A stretch of 64,000 nucleotides of DNA from Felis catus (Eukaryota). Below the pieces are notes generated by a model. That model saw nothing but the letters and a program-made list of their open reading frames with translations, searched no databases and had not been told where the DNA came from. The stretch covers positions 179,306,001 to 179,370,000 of the forward strand of contig NC_058368.1 in assembly GCF_018350175.1 (NCBI RefSeq), read 5' to 3'. The translations under genes and the position numbers were made by a program. Positions 27,881-40,189 of the stretch are shown one piece after another (positions within the stretch are counted from its first letter, which is position 1; each line of letters starts with the position of its first letter).

Positions 27881-28092
27881 ATTTTTAAAAGTATATTTCT
27901 TTATTTTGAGAGAGAGAGAGAGTGTGCATGTACTCACAGGGGAGGGGCAGAGAGAGGGAAAGAGAGAACCCCAAGCAGGCCAAGCTGTCAGTGCAGAGCC
28001 CAACATGGAGCTTGATCTCACAAACTGTGAGATCATGACCTAAGCTGAGATCAAGAGTCAGACGCTTAACCAGTGAGCCATGCAGGAGCCTC
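27881..28092 (-). mobile_element. CanSINE (older subfamily)
   Basis: Antisense SINE body ...GAGATCATGACCTAAGCTGAGATCAAGAGTCAGACGCTTAACC. Confidence 0.9.
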
Positions 28093-28124
28093 CCTGCTGC
28101 TTATTTTTATACATTTACCATACT

Positions 28125-28125
<1 letters not shown>

Positions 28126-28177
<52 letters not shown>

Positions 28178-28203
28178 TATATATGTATACATATATATAT
28201 GTA

Positions 28204-28258
<55 letters not shown>
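28126..28258. repeat. Compound (TA)n(CA)n-(TG)n(TA)n microsatellite, quasi-palindromic
   Basis: Seen directly; centre TGTATACA at 28184-28191. Confidence 0.95.
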
Positions 28259-28260
<2 letters not shown>

Positions 28261-28297
28261 TTTTTAGGTTTGGTTCTTTGTTTTTTAAATCAATGTA

Positions 28298-29225
28298 GGG
28301 TTCCGGCAAGATGGCGGCTTAGGAGGACGCTGGGCTCACCGCATGTCCTGCTGATCACTTAGATTCCACCTACACCTGCCTAAATAACCCAGAAAACCGC
28401 CAGAGGATTAGCAGAACGGAGTCGCCGGAGCCAAACGCAGACGAGAGGCCCACGGAAGAGGGTAGGAAGGGCGGCGAGGTGGTGCGCGCTCCACGAACTG
28501 GCGGGAGGGAGCCGGGGCGGAGGGGCGGCTCGCTGGCCAAGCAGAGCCCCCGAGTCTGGCTTGCAAAAGCAGAGGGGCCTGACGGACTGTGTTCCGACAA
28601 CAAGCGCGACTTAGCGTCTGGGAGGACATAAGTTAACAGCTCTGCTCAGAAAGCGGGAAGGCTGGAGGACAAAGGGAGGGAGAGCTGCTGAGCCCCCGGA
28701 CAACAGAGCTCAGTTTGCTGGGGAACAAAGGCGCTCGCCAGCACCATCTCCCCCGCCCATCCCCCAGCCAAAATCCCAAAGAGAACCAGTTCCTGCCAGG
28801 GAACTTGCTCGCTCCGCGCAAACACCCAACTCTGTGCTTCTGCGGAGCCAAACCTCTGGCAGCGGATCTGACTCCCTCCCGCTGCCACAGGGCCCCTCCT
28901 GAAGTGGATCACCTAAGGAGAAGCGATCTAAGCCTGCCCCTCCTGCCCCTGTGCACCTTGCCTACCCACCCCAGCTAATACGCCAGATCCCCAGCATCAC
29001 AAGCCTGGCAGTGTGCAAGTAGCCCAGACGGGCCACACCACCCCACAGTGAATCCCGCCCCTAGGAGAGGGGAAGAGAAGGCACACACCAGTCGGACTGT
29101 GGCCCCAGCGGTGGGCTGGGGGCAGACATCAGGTCTGACTGCGGCCCCGCCCACCAACTCCAGTTATACACCACAGCACAGGGGAAGTGCCCTGCAGGTC
29201 CTCACCACGCCAGGGACTATCCAAA
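28298..29225 (+). promoter_or_regulatory. L1 5'UTR internal Pol II promoter (CpG-rich) with YY1 site
   Basis: CAAGATGGCGGC (YY1 consensus) at 28307-28318, ~10 nt from the 5' end as in other mammalian L1s. High GC/CpG content relative to flanks. Confidence 0.85.
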
Positions 29226-30120
29226 ATGACCAAGCAGAAGAATTCCCCTCAGAAGAATCTCCAGGAAATAACAACAGCTAATGAGCTGATCAAAAAGGAT
29301 TTAAATAATATAACAGAAAGTGAATTTAGAATAATAGTCATAAAATTAATCGCTGGGCTTGAAAACAGTATACAGGACAGCAGAGAATCTCTTGCTACAG
29401 AGATCAAGGGACTAAGGAACAGTCACGAGGAGCTGAAAAACGCTTTAAACGAAATGCATAACAAAATGGAAACCACCACAGCTCGGCTTGAAGAGGCAGA
29501 GGAGAGAATAGGTGAACTAGAAGATAAAGTTATGGAAAAAGAGGAAGCTGAGAAAAAGAGAGATAAAAAAATCCAGGAGTATGAGGGGAAAATTAGAGAA
29601 CTAAGTGATACACTAAAAAGAAATAATATACACATAATTGGTATCCCAGAGGAGGAAGAGAGAGGGAAAGGTGCTGAAGGGGTACTTGAAGAAATAATAG
29701 CTGAGAACTTCCCTGAACTGGGGAAGGAAAAAGGCATTGAAATCCAAGAGGCACAGAGAACTCCCTTCAGACGTAACTTGAATCGATCTTCTGCACGACA
29801 TATCATAGTGAAACTGGCAAAATACAAGGATAAAGAGAAAATTCTGAAAGCAGCAAGGGGTAAACGTGCCCTCACATATAAAGGGAGACCTATAAGACTC
29901 GTGACTGATCTCTCTTTTGAAACCTGGCAGGCCAGAAAGAATTGGCACGAGATTTTCAGGGTGCTAGACAGAAAAAAATATGCAGCCAAGAATCCTTTAT
30001 CCAGCAAGTCTGTCATTTAGAATAGAAGGAGAGATAAAGGTCTTCCCAAACAAACAAAAACTGAAGGAATTTGTCACCACTAAACCAGCCCTACAAGAGA
30101 TCCTAAGGGAGACCCTGTGA
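29226..30120 (+). CDS. ORF1: L1 ORF1p (coiled coil, RRM, CTD), interrupted by a +1 frameshift in the A7 run 29972-29978
   Basis: [10 protein letters not shown]...ARHIIVKL...[20 protein letters not shown]. Removing one A restores [50 protein letters not shown] (297 aa). Confidence 0.95.
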
Positions 30121-30170
30121 GACAAAGTCCCAGAGACATCACTACAAGCATAAAACATAGAGACATCACA

Positions 30171-33100
30171 ATGACTCTAAACCCGTATCTTTCTATAATA
30201 ACACTGAATGTAAATGGATTAAATGCGCCAACCAAAAGACATAGGGTATCAGAATGGATAAAAAAACAAGACCCATCTATTTGCTGTCTACAAGAGACTC
30301 ATTTTAGACCTGAGGACACCTTTAGATTGAGAGTGAGGGGATGGAGAACTATTTATCATGCGACTGGAAGCCAAAAGAAAGCTGGAGTAGCCATGCTTAT
30401 ATCAGACAAACTAGATTTTAAATTAAAGGCTGTAACAAGAGATGAAGAAGGACATTATATAATAGTTACAGGGTCTATCCATCAGGAAGAGCTAACAATT
30501 ATAAATGTCTATGTGCCGAATACCGGAGCCCCCAAATATATAAAACAATTACTCATAAACATAAGCAACCTTATTGATAAGAATGTGGTAATTGCAGGGG
30601 ACTTTAACACCCCACTTACAGAATTGGATAGATCATCTAGACACACGGTCAATAAAGAAACAAGGGCCCTGAATGAGACATTGAATCAGATGGACTTGAC
30701 AGATATATTTAGAACTCTAAATCCCAAAGCAACAGAATACACTTTCTTCTCGAGTGCACATGGAACATTCTCCAAGATAGATCATATACTGGGTCACAAA
30801 ACAGCCCTTCATAAGTTTACAAGAATTGAAATTATACCATGCATACTTTCAGACCACAATGCTATGAAGCTTGAAATCAACCACAGAAAAAAGTCTGGAA
30901 AACCTCCAAAAGCATGGAGGTTAAAGAATACCCTACTAACGAATGAGTGGGTCAACCAGGCAATTAGAGAAGAAATTAAAAAATATATGGAAACAAACGA
31001 AAATGAAAATACAACAATCCAAACACTTTGGGACGCAGCGAAGGCAGTCCTGAGAGGAAAATACATTGCAATCCAGGCCTATCTCAAGAAACAAGAAAAA
31101 TCCCAAATACAAAATCTAACAGCACACCTAAAGGAACTAGAAGCAGAACAGCAAAGGCAGCCTAAACCCAGCAGAAGAAGAGAAATAATAAAGATCAGAG
31201 CAGAAATAAACAATATAGAATCTAAAAAAACTGTAGAGCAGATCAACGAAACCAAGAGTTGGTTTTTTGAAAAAATAAACAAAATTGACAAACCTCTAGC
31301 CAGGCTTCTCAAAAAGAAAAGGGAGATGACCCAAATAGATAAAATCATGAATGAAAATGGAATTATTACAACCAATCCCTCAGAGATACAAACAATTATC
31401 AGGGAATACTATGAAAAATTATATGCCAACAAATTGGACAACCTGGAAGAAATGGACAAATTCCTGAACACCCACACTCTTCCAAAACTCAACCAGGAGG
31501 AAATAGAAAGCTTGAACAGACCCATAACCAGCGAAGAAATTGAATCGGTTATTAAAAATCTCCCAACAAATAAGAGTCCAGGAACAGATGGCTTCCCAGG
31601 GGAGTTCTACCAGACGTTTAAAGCAGAGATAATACCTATCCTTCTCAAGCTATTCCAAGAAATAGAAAGGGAAGGAAAACTTCCAGACTCCTTCTATGAA
31701 GCCAGTATTACTTTGATTCCTAAACCAGACAGAGACCCAGTAAAAAAAGAGAACTACAGGCCAATATCCCTGATGAATATGGATGCAAAAATTCTCAATA
31801 AGATACTAGCAAATCGAATTCAACGGCATATAAAAAGAATTATTCACCATGATCAAGTGGGATTCATTCCTGGGATGCAGGGCTGGTTCAACATTCGCAA
31901 ATCAATCAACGTGATACATCACATTAACAACAAAAAAAGAGAAGAACCATATGATCCTGTCAATCGATGCAGAAAAGGCCTTTGACAAAATCCAGCACCC
32001 TTTCTTAATAAAAACGCTTGAGAAAGTCGGGATAGAAGGAACATACTTAAAGATCATAAAAGCCATTTATGAAAAGCCCACAGCTAACATCATCCTCAAC
32101 GGGGAAAAACTGAGAGCTTTTTCCCTGAGATCAGGAACACGACAAGGATGCCCACTCTCACCGCTGCTGTTTAACATAGTGCTGGAAGTTCTAGCATCAG
32201 CAATCAGACAACAAAAGGAAATCAAAGGCATCAAAATTGGCAAAGATGAAGTCAAGCTTTCGCTTTTTGCAGATGACATGATATTATACATGGAAAATCC
32301 GATAGACTCCACCAAAAGTCTGCTAGAACTGATACAGGAATTCAGCAAAGTTGCAGGATACAAAATCAATGAACAGAAATCAGTTGCATTCTTATACACT
32401 AACAATGAAGCAACAGAAAGACAAAGAAAGAAACTGATCCCATTCACAATTGCACCAAGAAGCATAAAATACCTAGGAATAAATCTAACCAAAGATGTAA
32501 AGGATCTGTATGCTGAAAACTATAGAAAGCTTATGAAGGAAATTGAAGAAGATTTAAAGAAATGGAAGGACATTCCCTGCTCATGGATTGGAAAAATAAA
32601 TATTGTCAAAATGTCAATACTACCCAAAGCTATCTACACATTCAATGCAATCCCAATCAAAATTGCACCAGCATTCTTCTCGAAACTAGAACAAGCAATC
32701 CTAAAATTCATATGGAACCACAAAAGACCCCGAATAGCCAAAGGAATTTTGAAGAAGAAGACCAAAGCAGGAGGCATCACAATCCCAGACTTTAGCCTCT
32801 ACTACAAAGCTGTCATCATCAAGACAGCATGGTATTGGCACAAAAACAGACACATAGACCAATGGAATAGAATAGAAACCCCAGAACTAGACCCACAAAC
32901 GTATGGCCAACTCATCTTTGACAAAGCAGGAAAGAACATCCAATGGAAAAAAGACAGCCTCTTTAACAAATGGTGCTGGGAGAACTGGGCAGCAACATGC
33001 AGAAGGTTGAAACTAGACCACTTTCTCACACCATTCACAAAAATAAACTTAAAATGGATAAAGGACCTGAATGTGAGACAGGAAACCATCCAAACCTTAG

Positions 33101-33996
33101 AGGAGAAAGCAGGAAAAGACCTCTCTGACCTCAGCCGTAGCAATCTCTTCCTCGACACATCCCCAAAGGCAAGGGAATTAAAAGCAAAAGTGAATTACTG
33201 GGACCTTATGAAGATAAAAAGCTTCTGCACAGCAAAGGAAACAACCAACAAAACTAAAAGGCAACCAACGGAATGGGAAAAGATATTCGCAAATGACATA
33301 TCGGACAAAGGGCTAGTATCCAAAATCTATAAAGAGCTCACCAAACTCCACACCCGAAAAACAAATAACCCAGTGAAGAAATGGGCAGAAAACATGAATA
33401 GACACTTCTTTAAAGAAGACATCCGGATGGCCAACAGGCACATGAAAAGATGTTCAGCGTCGCTCCTTATCAGGGAAATACAAATCAAAACCACACTCAG
33501 GTATCACCTCACGCCAGTCAGAGTGGCCAAAATGAACAAATCAGGAGACTATAGATGCTGGAGAGGATGTGGAGAAACAGGAACCCTCTTGCACTGTTGG
33601 TGGGAATGCAAATTGGTGCAGCCGCTCTGGAAAGCAGTGTGGAGGTTCCTCAGAAAATTAAAAATAGACCTACCCTATGACCCAGCGATAGCACTGCTAG
33701 GAATTTATCCAAGGGATACAGGAGTACTGATGCATAGGGCCACTTGTACCCCAATGTTGTTAGCAGCACTCTCAACAATAGCCAAATTATGGAAAGAGCC
33801 TAAATGTCCATCAACTGATGAATGGATAAAGAAATTGTGGTTTATATACACAATGGAGTACTACGTGGCAATGAGAAAAAACGAAATATGGCCTTTTGTA
33901 GCAACGTGGATGGAACTGGAGAGTGTGATGCTAAGTGAAATAAGCCATACAGAGAAAGACAGATACCATATGGTTTCACTCTTATGTGGATCCTGA
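30171..33996 (+). CDS. ORF2: L1 ORF2p (APE endonuclease, reverse transcriptase, Cys-rich domain), interrupted by a +1 frameshift in the A7 run 31932-31938
   Basis: [41 protein letters not shown] (EN); [14 protein letters not shown] (RT); [18 protein letters not shown]. Removing one A gives [19 protein letters not shown] and a continuous 1274-aa ORF. Confidence 0.96.
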
Positions 33997-34109
33997 GAAA
34001 CTTAACAGGAACCCATGGGGGAGGGGAAGGAAAAAAAAAAAGAGGTTAGAGTGGGAGAGAGCCAAAGCATAAGAGACTGTTAAAAACTGAGAACAAACTG
34101 AGGGTTGAT

Positions 34110-34143
34110 GGGGGGTGGGAGGGAGGGGAGGGTGGGTGATGGG
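34110..34143 (+). other. G-rich tract in L1 3'UTR (G-quadruplex-capable)
   Basis: GGGGGGTGGGAGGGAGGGGAGGGTGGGTGATGGG, at least four G3 runs. Confidence 0.8.
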
Positions 34144-34982
34144 TATTGAGGAGGGCACCTTTTGGGATGAGCACTGGGTGTTGTATGGAAACCAATTTGT
34201 CAATAAATTTCATATATATATAAAAAATAAAAGTAAAAAAAATAAAAAAAATAAATAAATCAATGTAAATTGCATCATCTGTACACATTTTTATGAAACA
34301 TCCTTTCACTATTTTTTTTTTGAGATCTATCTACTTTTGATGCATTACCATTGTGGCATAATATGAATTACATAATACAAATATTCCATAATACAAATAT
34401 ATAATGTTTTATTTATCTATTTTTTTTACCTGTGGATATTTAGATTTTTTAAAATATTCACAATTTTAAATAGGCTCTAATGAAAAACCTCTTAAAGGAT
34501 GTTCTTAACATGTTGTACCAGCTAGACTTGTCTGCTTTACAGGAAACATGGGTTATTGTAACATCAACATTAACATCAAGGGCAACCAACTGCTTCTGTG
34601 ATCACACCGTGGCCAGCTCGTTTTGTTTTGTAAGAGGCAATTGTTAAAATTTTATGAATTTTGCAAGGCAGTTAAGAACAGCCATTATTAAAAATGCAAT
34701 CTGTACTTTTACAATGTAATAAAATTATATTTTAAAGGTAATAAGTACTCAAAACTCAACACTTTCTAATTATTTTACTAGACCTTGTGATTATGCTCTT
34801 GAAATTATATCTATCATTTCCATGTGGTGGAAATACTGTATAATGGTGTGTGACTACATTTCCTTTCAACTCTGTGCTGTATTGTTAGCTTGAAATCAGC
34901 CATAGAGGGAAGATTTACACTATAGAAATCAGCAGTGCTACCAAATCAAGGCTTGATTGATTGTTTTGTTGATTATGTAGAC

Positions 34983-35413
34983 CAAGAGTTGGCCAATTTT
35001 TTCCATAAGATCCACCAAGTAAATATTTTAGGCTTTGCTGAGCACATTCAGTTGCTTTCCTACCCCCTTCTTCCTACCCCCACCACTCTTCCTCCTTCTT
35101 TATAATCCTTTTTAAAAACATTTTTTAAGTTTATTTATTTATTTTGAGAGAGAGGGAGAAAGTGCAAGTAGGGGAGGGTCAGAGAAAGATGGGGGGAGAG
35201 AGAGAATCCCAAGCAGGCTTCATACTATCAGTGCAGAACGCAATATGGGGCTCAAACTCATGAATTGTGAGATCATGACTTGAGCTGAAGTTGGATGCTC
35301 AACTAACTGAGCCACCCGGGTGCCCCTATAATTCTTTTAAAATGGGTCAAAAACAGTCAGCTAATGAGATTTACAAAAACAGGAGCCAGTGGTCTGTAGT
35401 TGGCTAGCCCCTG
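34983..35413 (+). mobile_element. MER58-like (hAT-Charlie) MITE containing a SINE
   Basis: CAAGAGTTGGCCAATTTTTTCCATAAG...GTAAATATTTTAGGCTTTGC ... GTCTGTAGTTGGCTAGCCCCTG; flanks resemble the NTCTAGAN-type target. Confidence 0.65.
35112..35326 (-). mobile_element. CanSINE
   Basis: Approximate TSD TATAATCCTTTT (35101) / TATAATTCTTTT (35327). Confidence 0.93.
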
Positions 35414-35789
35414 GTCTAAACATAAGAAAGCGTTAGGGAAAATGTTACTGCAGATTAACTTGAGTGCGTTGTATACATAGTATTCACATTTGTGAATAGT
35501 GGAAAAAAATTAAGGAAATGTTCTTCCAATGTTTGAAAACTGTTATATGATTCAACAACAACAACAACAAAGTTATTCACATCCTTCACAAATGAATGAA
35601 ATTTTGACATATGTTCTCATTATTTATCTCATTTTCACCTTACTCATTAACACAGTGAAATATCAACCAACATTCATCAGAAATACACCTGGAAATCTTG
35701 TTGTTAAACATTCATCAATATGTCTGGATCACACTCATTCAATTTATGAGGAAAAGAAGCACTGGTTCCTCTGATTGAGATGCCTTATT

Positions 35790-36210
35790 AACACCACACC
35801 CACACCCTGCCCCCTCCCACACCCCATACCTCCTCACACACACACACAAACACACACCACCCCTCCTCATACACACACCTCCATACTCCCTACACACACC
35901 CATACACCCACACCCCATACCCCTCACACACTCCCACACACACATCCACATGCACCCCACACCCCTCCTACGTGTGCACACCCCCCCTACAAATGCACAC
36001 ACACTCACACCCATCCCCATACGCACCACACACACAAACACACACACTACCCCTCCTCACACACATGCACACACAACACACCCCACACTCCCTACACACA
36101 CCCATACACCCATACCCCTCACACACTCATACACCCACACCCCACACCCCCTACATGTACACACACCCATAAATGCGCACACACACACACACACACACAC
36201 ACCACACCAC
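35790..36210. repeat. C/A-rich low-complexity tract ((CA)n/CACCC)
   Basis: Seen directly; source of spurious His/Thr/Pro ORFs. Confidence 0.9.
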
Positions 36211-36263
36211 TCATACAGTTGGCACATCTTCTGTCTTATGTATGATCTTCTAGTTTTTTTCTT

Positions 36264-36487
36264 TTTTTTTTAAATTTTTTTTTTAACGTTTATTTATTTT
36301 GGGGACAGAGAGAGACAGAGCATGAATGGGGGAGGGGCAGAGAGAGAGGGAGACACAGAATCGGAAGCAGGATCCAGGCTCTGAGCCATCAGCCCAGAGC
36401 CCGACGCGGGGCTCGAACTCACGGTCTGTGAGATCGTGACCTGAGCTGAAGTCGGACGCTTAACCGACTGAGCCACCCAGGCGCCCC
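36264..36487 (-). mobile_element. Young CanSINE (SINEC_Fc)
   Basis: Perfect TSD TCTAGTTTTTTTCTT (36249-36263, 36488-36502); CpGs largely intact. Confidence 0.97.
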
Positions 36488-38679
36488 TCTAGTTTTTTTC
36501 TTAAAGCAATTTAAATTGCTACTAATATTAATATTATGAACATCATCATCATCATCATCCTTCCACAGTCTGACACCCTACCAGGTGCTGATCTACTCAA
36601 GTGCAGGGACTGACTGTGTTGCAGTTATTCTCTCTAAGCCTCAGTATTCTCATTCAAAAAATAAGCTTAATAGTAGTAACCACCTAATAGGAAGTCTCTA
36701 TGGGGATTAAATGAGATAATATATATGAAGTGCTTTTGATGCTACCTGGCATATTGTAAATACTCAGTAACAGTAACTATTAGCTATTATAACCATTATA
36801 AATGTTAGTGGTATTTGTATTATTCTCAGAAACCTCAATATCAGGGTAGCTTCAAATCCCAGAATAATTCCTGGCCAATTGCATGTACACTGAAAGTGTT
36901 AAATTCATGAATGTGACCTCTTCTTAGCATATGGGATGTACCAATAAAAAAAATGAACTATGTTCTCCTTCTAATGTCTCTAGGACAAAATGCTAGATAA
37001 TGTGGTAATACTAATGTGTGTAAGACATAAATGCAATGACAGTTAATTGGGGAGACTAACCACCCTAAACTGTAGAAGGAAAGTCCAGTGGAATGGAACA
37101 GGCTCTAAGCCCCAGATGCATAAGAGGTCAGGGAAGCTACGTCACTTTCTGTGATGATCAGGGAAGACTTATGCGTGAGATGGGTCATGGCCTGAGCTGT
37201 TTCAGAGGGGCAGAATTTCCTTTGTCACGGCCACCTAATGACACAAATTAATGTAGATCCTTAAAAAATAGCATATCTATTTCTCTCTCTCATTTTTTTT
37301 TCAAATCTTTTTCTTCACTCTATAAAATGTCCTCAGTCTCTAACTTATGTATTTTGAAAATTATCTCACATCTTAAACCATAAAAGCTAACCCTGACATA
37401 CAAACAGCACAAAGTACATCCTTGCAGATGCTGGCAGCCTCCATATCTAAGAGCATTTGCAAATTCCTAACAACCATAAATAAGACTCCCACATCCCATA
37501 AAGTGCTGCAGCAAATCACTCTGGGAATATTCCACTTTCATGTTAATATTCTCAATATCTGATGGGGACATCTTGCAAGAGGGCCTGACATCCATCTTAA
37601 TGGTGCTTATCCATAAAGCTGTCTTATGGTGAGCCAGGCTTTCTCTGAAATGACCTCACCCATTCCCCCAGGACTTTCCTCTCTATGTTTGTTGTGATGT
37701 TTCTGATATACAGGGTGTCCTAGGGCTCTCATCACAAGTTTAGGAAGAGTCTGAGGAGGAAGCCTAATGCCAGAAGAGTGGTGTTGGAACATTTTGTTGG
37801 CCTGCCAAAAAGGCCTGCATGTTCTATCAGCTGGGTTTCTAGCATTGCAGAGTAGAGCTGGTAACATGAAATATATTTCTCTTTACCTACTGGGTTTTGC
37901 GAGGGGGAAATAAAACTCACTCTTCACCCCCTTTGAGTTCTAAGCCTTTTAAGAAATAGACACCCAAGTTAGATGGACCTCACAATATCCATAACATAAT
38001 TGGCAAAGCTGGTAGAAGAATGTGACTTCGGAGGGCCTAGTGGGCATCCTGTTCTTTACCTCCAAGTCTAGACCTTAGGATGAACATGGAGAAAGTGTTT
38101 CTGCATAGCACTCTCCTCCAGCCTGCCATGCAGACAGACATGGCCAACCTCATACCCTCCTGACACCAGAGGCCTGAAAGAGAGACACAGAGATTGGGCT
38201 CCAGGCAAACATTGGCTTAAAATCATTACCCTGCCCATAAGACTTGCAGACAGTGCATGCCAGAGTCTGATCACCTCACCAAGAAGATAAATCACTCTTT
38301 GTCATGGAGAAGGACCAGAAACAGGTAGAGTGGGGGGCCGCAGTCTCCCACTCCTTCCCCACCCCTAAGGCTTCTGAGAAAGGGACATTCTTATTTGGGA
38401 GGCAAGATTCTGAACAGAGGAAAAATGCTCCATTTTATGACACACCCAGAGGAATACCTCACTCCCAAATAAACTGCTGACCAATCACTATGCATCTCCA
38501 TGTTGTGACCAGTTGTTGGTGGCCTAGGGGAAAGGCCCTGTGTCTGCTTCCCTTCCCTCCCCTCCCTGCCTTCACTCCCCTTTCCTCCACTTTCCTCCAT
38601 TCTCCCCTTTTTTCTTTTCTCTCCTGTTTCCTTCCTTTGTTTTGTTTTATTTTCTTCCCCTTTTCTTTATATTTTCCTT

Positions 38680-39000
38680 TCAACAAATATTTATTGAGTG
38701 CATAGTGTATGCTGGTGATAGAGTGGTGACCAAGACCAATGCAACACTTACTTTCAAGGAGCTTAAATTCAAGTGGGAAAGACTATTAAAAAAAATAAGC
38801 ACATAAGCAAATAGAAATTGTAAGTCATGTAAATGATATGAGGGAATCAAAGTAATATCTGAGATAGAAAATAATGGGAGGCATTTAGGCATTTATTTAG
38901 AGAGCTAAGTAAGGTCTCTATGGAAAGTCTCTTTGGAGAGGTGTGTTTTGGCTGATCGGGAGGGTAAGAAGTCAGGTGTGAGAAGGGAGTAGAGGGAAAG
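38680..39000 (-). mobile_element. L2 3' fragment
   Basis: TTCAACAAATATTTATTGAGTGC...GGTGATAGAGTGGTGACCAAGAC...TTCAAGGAGCTTAAATTCAAGTGGG. Confidence 0.75.
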
Positions 39001-40189
39001 GGAGAATAGGGCAGGGAAGAGCTTTTCCTAGGCTTCTTATAGGATTGGGCCTTTCTAGAGGTCAGAGAAAGCAACCTCTACTACCAGATAGGAGCTGACC
39101 TGTTGGTTTTCTGTCTGTATGCAATGCTGGTAAGTTGGTAGTGGCTTCCTGGAATGTTGTGTTGAAAAGGATTTTTAGGTCCTTAAGGGCCCAGTAGTAA
39201 AGAGGTCCATGGAAAATTGGTTGTGCCTGCTGTGAAAGCCCCCTGGGTCAAAATTGTCCCTCCTGTTCTAGAGGATTTGTCCAGTGGTCTGATGTCTTGG
39301 AGGTGAGCTGGGAAAACTGTGAGGATGATGTACTTACCACTATTACCCTTAAAATCAACTTATTCCACTCCAAGCCTTTCATTGAAGGAGGTTTAATAAC
39401 TCATTCAGAAAACATTTAGTGAATGAGCTGCAGAATTGAAGGTATCTGACCCCACCTTAGTTTATCTCTTCAAAATTATTCCATAGCTCTATGTGTCACT
39501 TGCAGCAGTTGAGCAAATTCCTAAAGAGAAGAAAAGTGAAGAGTATATCCCTCCCCATCCTGCTTTCCCATTTTAAAATCTTTTTGTGACCCTACCATAC
39601 AGAAAGTTAGGTGGACTATTTCTGTAAGACTGATGAGATGCTTTAGAGCAATTGGAAATGTAAGGACTACCCCCTAAATGGGATTTGCCTCGTTCAATAA
39701 ACACCTATAAAACCCCGTATCACATGGAATATGTACAAACCTGCACATTTATGAGCCATTTGGATTTGTGTTTCTCAAAAGGTGGTTATTCATACCAGTG
39801 GTGGTACATGAGATAATGTTATGTGGTATTTTTATTTTTAATGCTTATTATTTTAATATTAATTAACATTAAAATTACATTAATTTTAATTAACATTAAT
39901 AAAAAGTATTTGAAATAAAAATTAATTAACATTAATATTAAAATAAATTAATATATTAATTAATATTTTTAATACTTTGTGTTTTAATGTTAATGTTAAT
40001 ATATATTAGAAAAGCATTAGATTATTATTTATATGAGAGAAAATCACCTTTTACAGTAAATCTATGTTAGTACAACAAAGTGATTTTTAAGTAGTAAATA
40101 ATCATATACAGGGTATATGAATGTAGCAGATATATGATGATAATATATACACACATGGCTAAAGTTTGGGAAACACTGATTTTGAGTTT

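Larger units (their letters stand above)
28298..34256 (+). mobile_element. Full-length felid LINE-1 (L1_Fc-like), ~5.96 kb
   Basis: Perfect TSD AAATCAATGTA (28287-28297 and 34257-34267) at a TT/AAAT endonuclease-type site. CpG-rich 5'UTR, ORF1, 50-nt spacer, ORF2, G-rich 3'UTR, AATAAA (34202-34207) and A-rich tail. Confidence 0.98.
34600..35765 (+). mobile_element. MER63-like (hAT-Blackjack) element interrupted by a MER58-like MITE
   Basis: ATTGTTAAAATTTTATGAATTTTGC...CAGCCATTATTAAAAAT...AGCTTGAAATCAGCCATAGAGGGAAGATTTACAC resembles recalled MER63 consensus. It resumes after ~35415 and ends ...AAGCACTGG. Confidence 0.65.

Noticed and set aside
29965..31945. Programmed -1 ribosomal frameshifting at the two A7 runs of the L1
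   Set aside because: In both cases the downstream coding frame is +1, so a -1 shift would not restore it. Mammalian L1 ORFs are not known to use frameshifting; simple insertion or sequencing error is sufficient.
29423..33158. Long antisense ORFs (197, 141, 118 aa etc.) opposite L1 ORF1/ORF2
   Set aside because: Shadow ORFs of A-rich L1 coding sequence, with Phe/Ser/Leu-rich composition and no independent coding signal.
35739..36273. His/Thr/Pro-rich 156-aa and Cys/Val/Gly-rich ORFs
   Set aside because: Translations of the C/A low-complexity tract.
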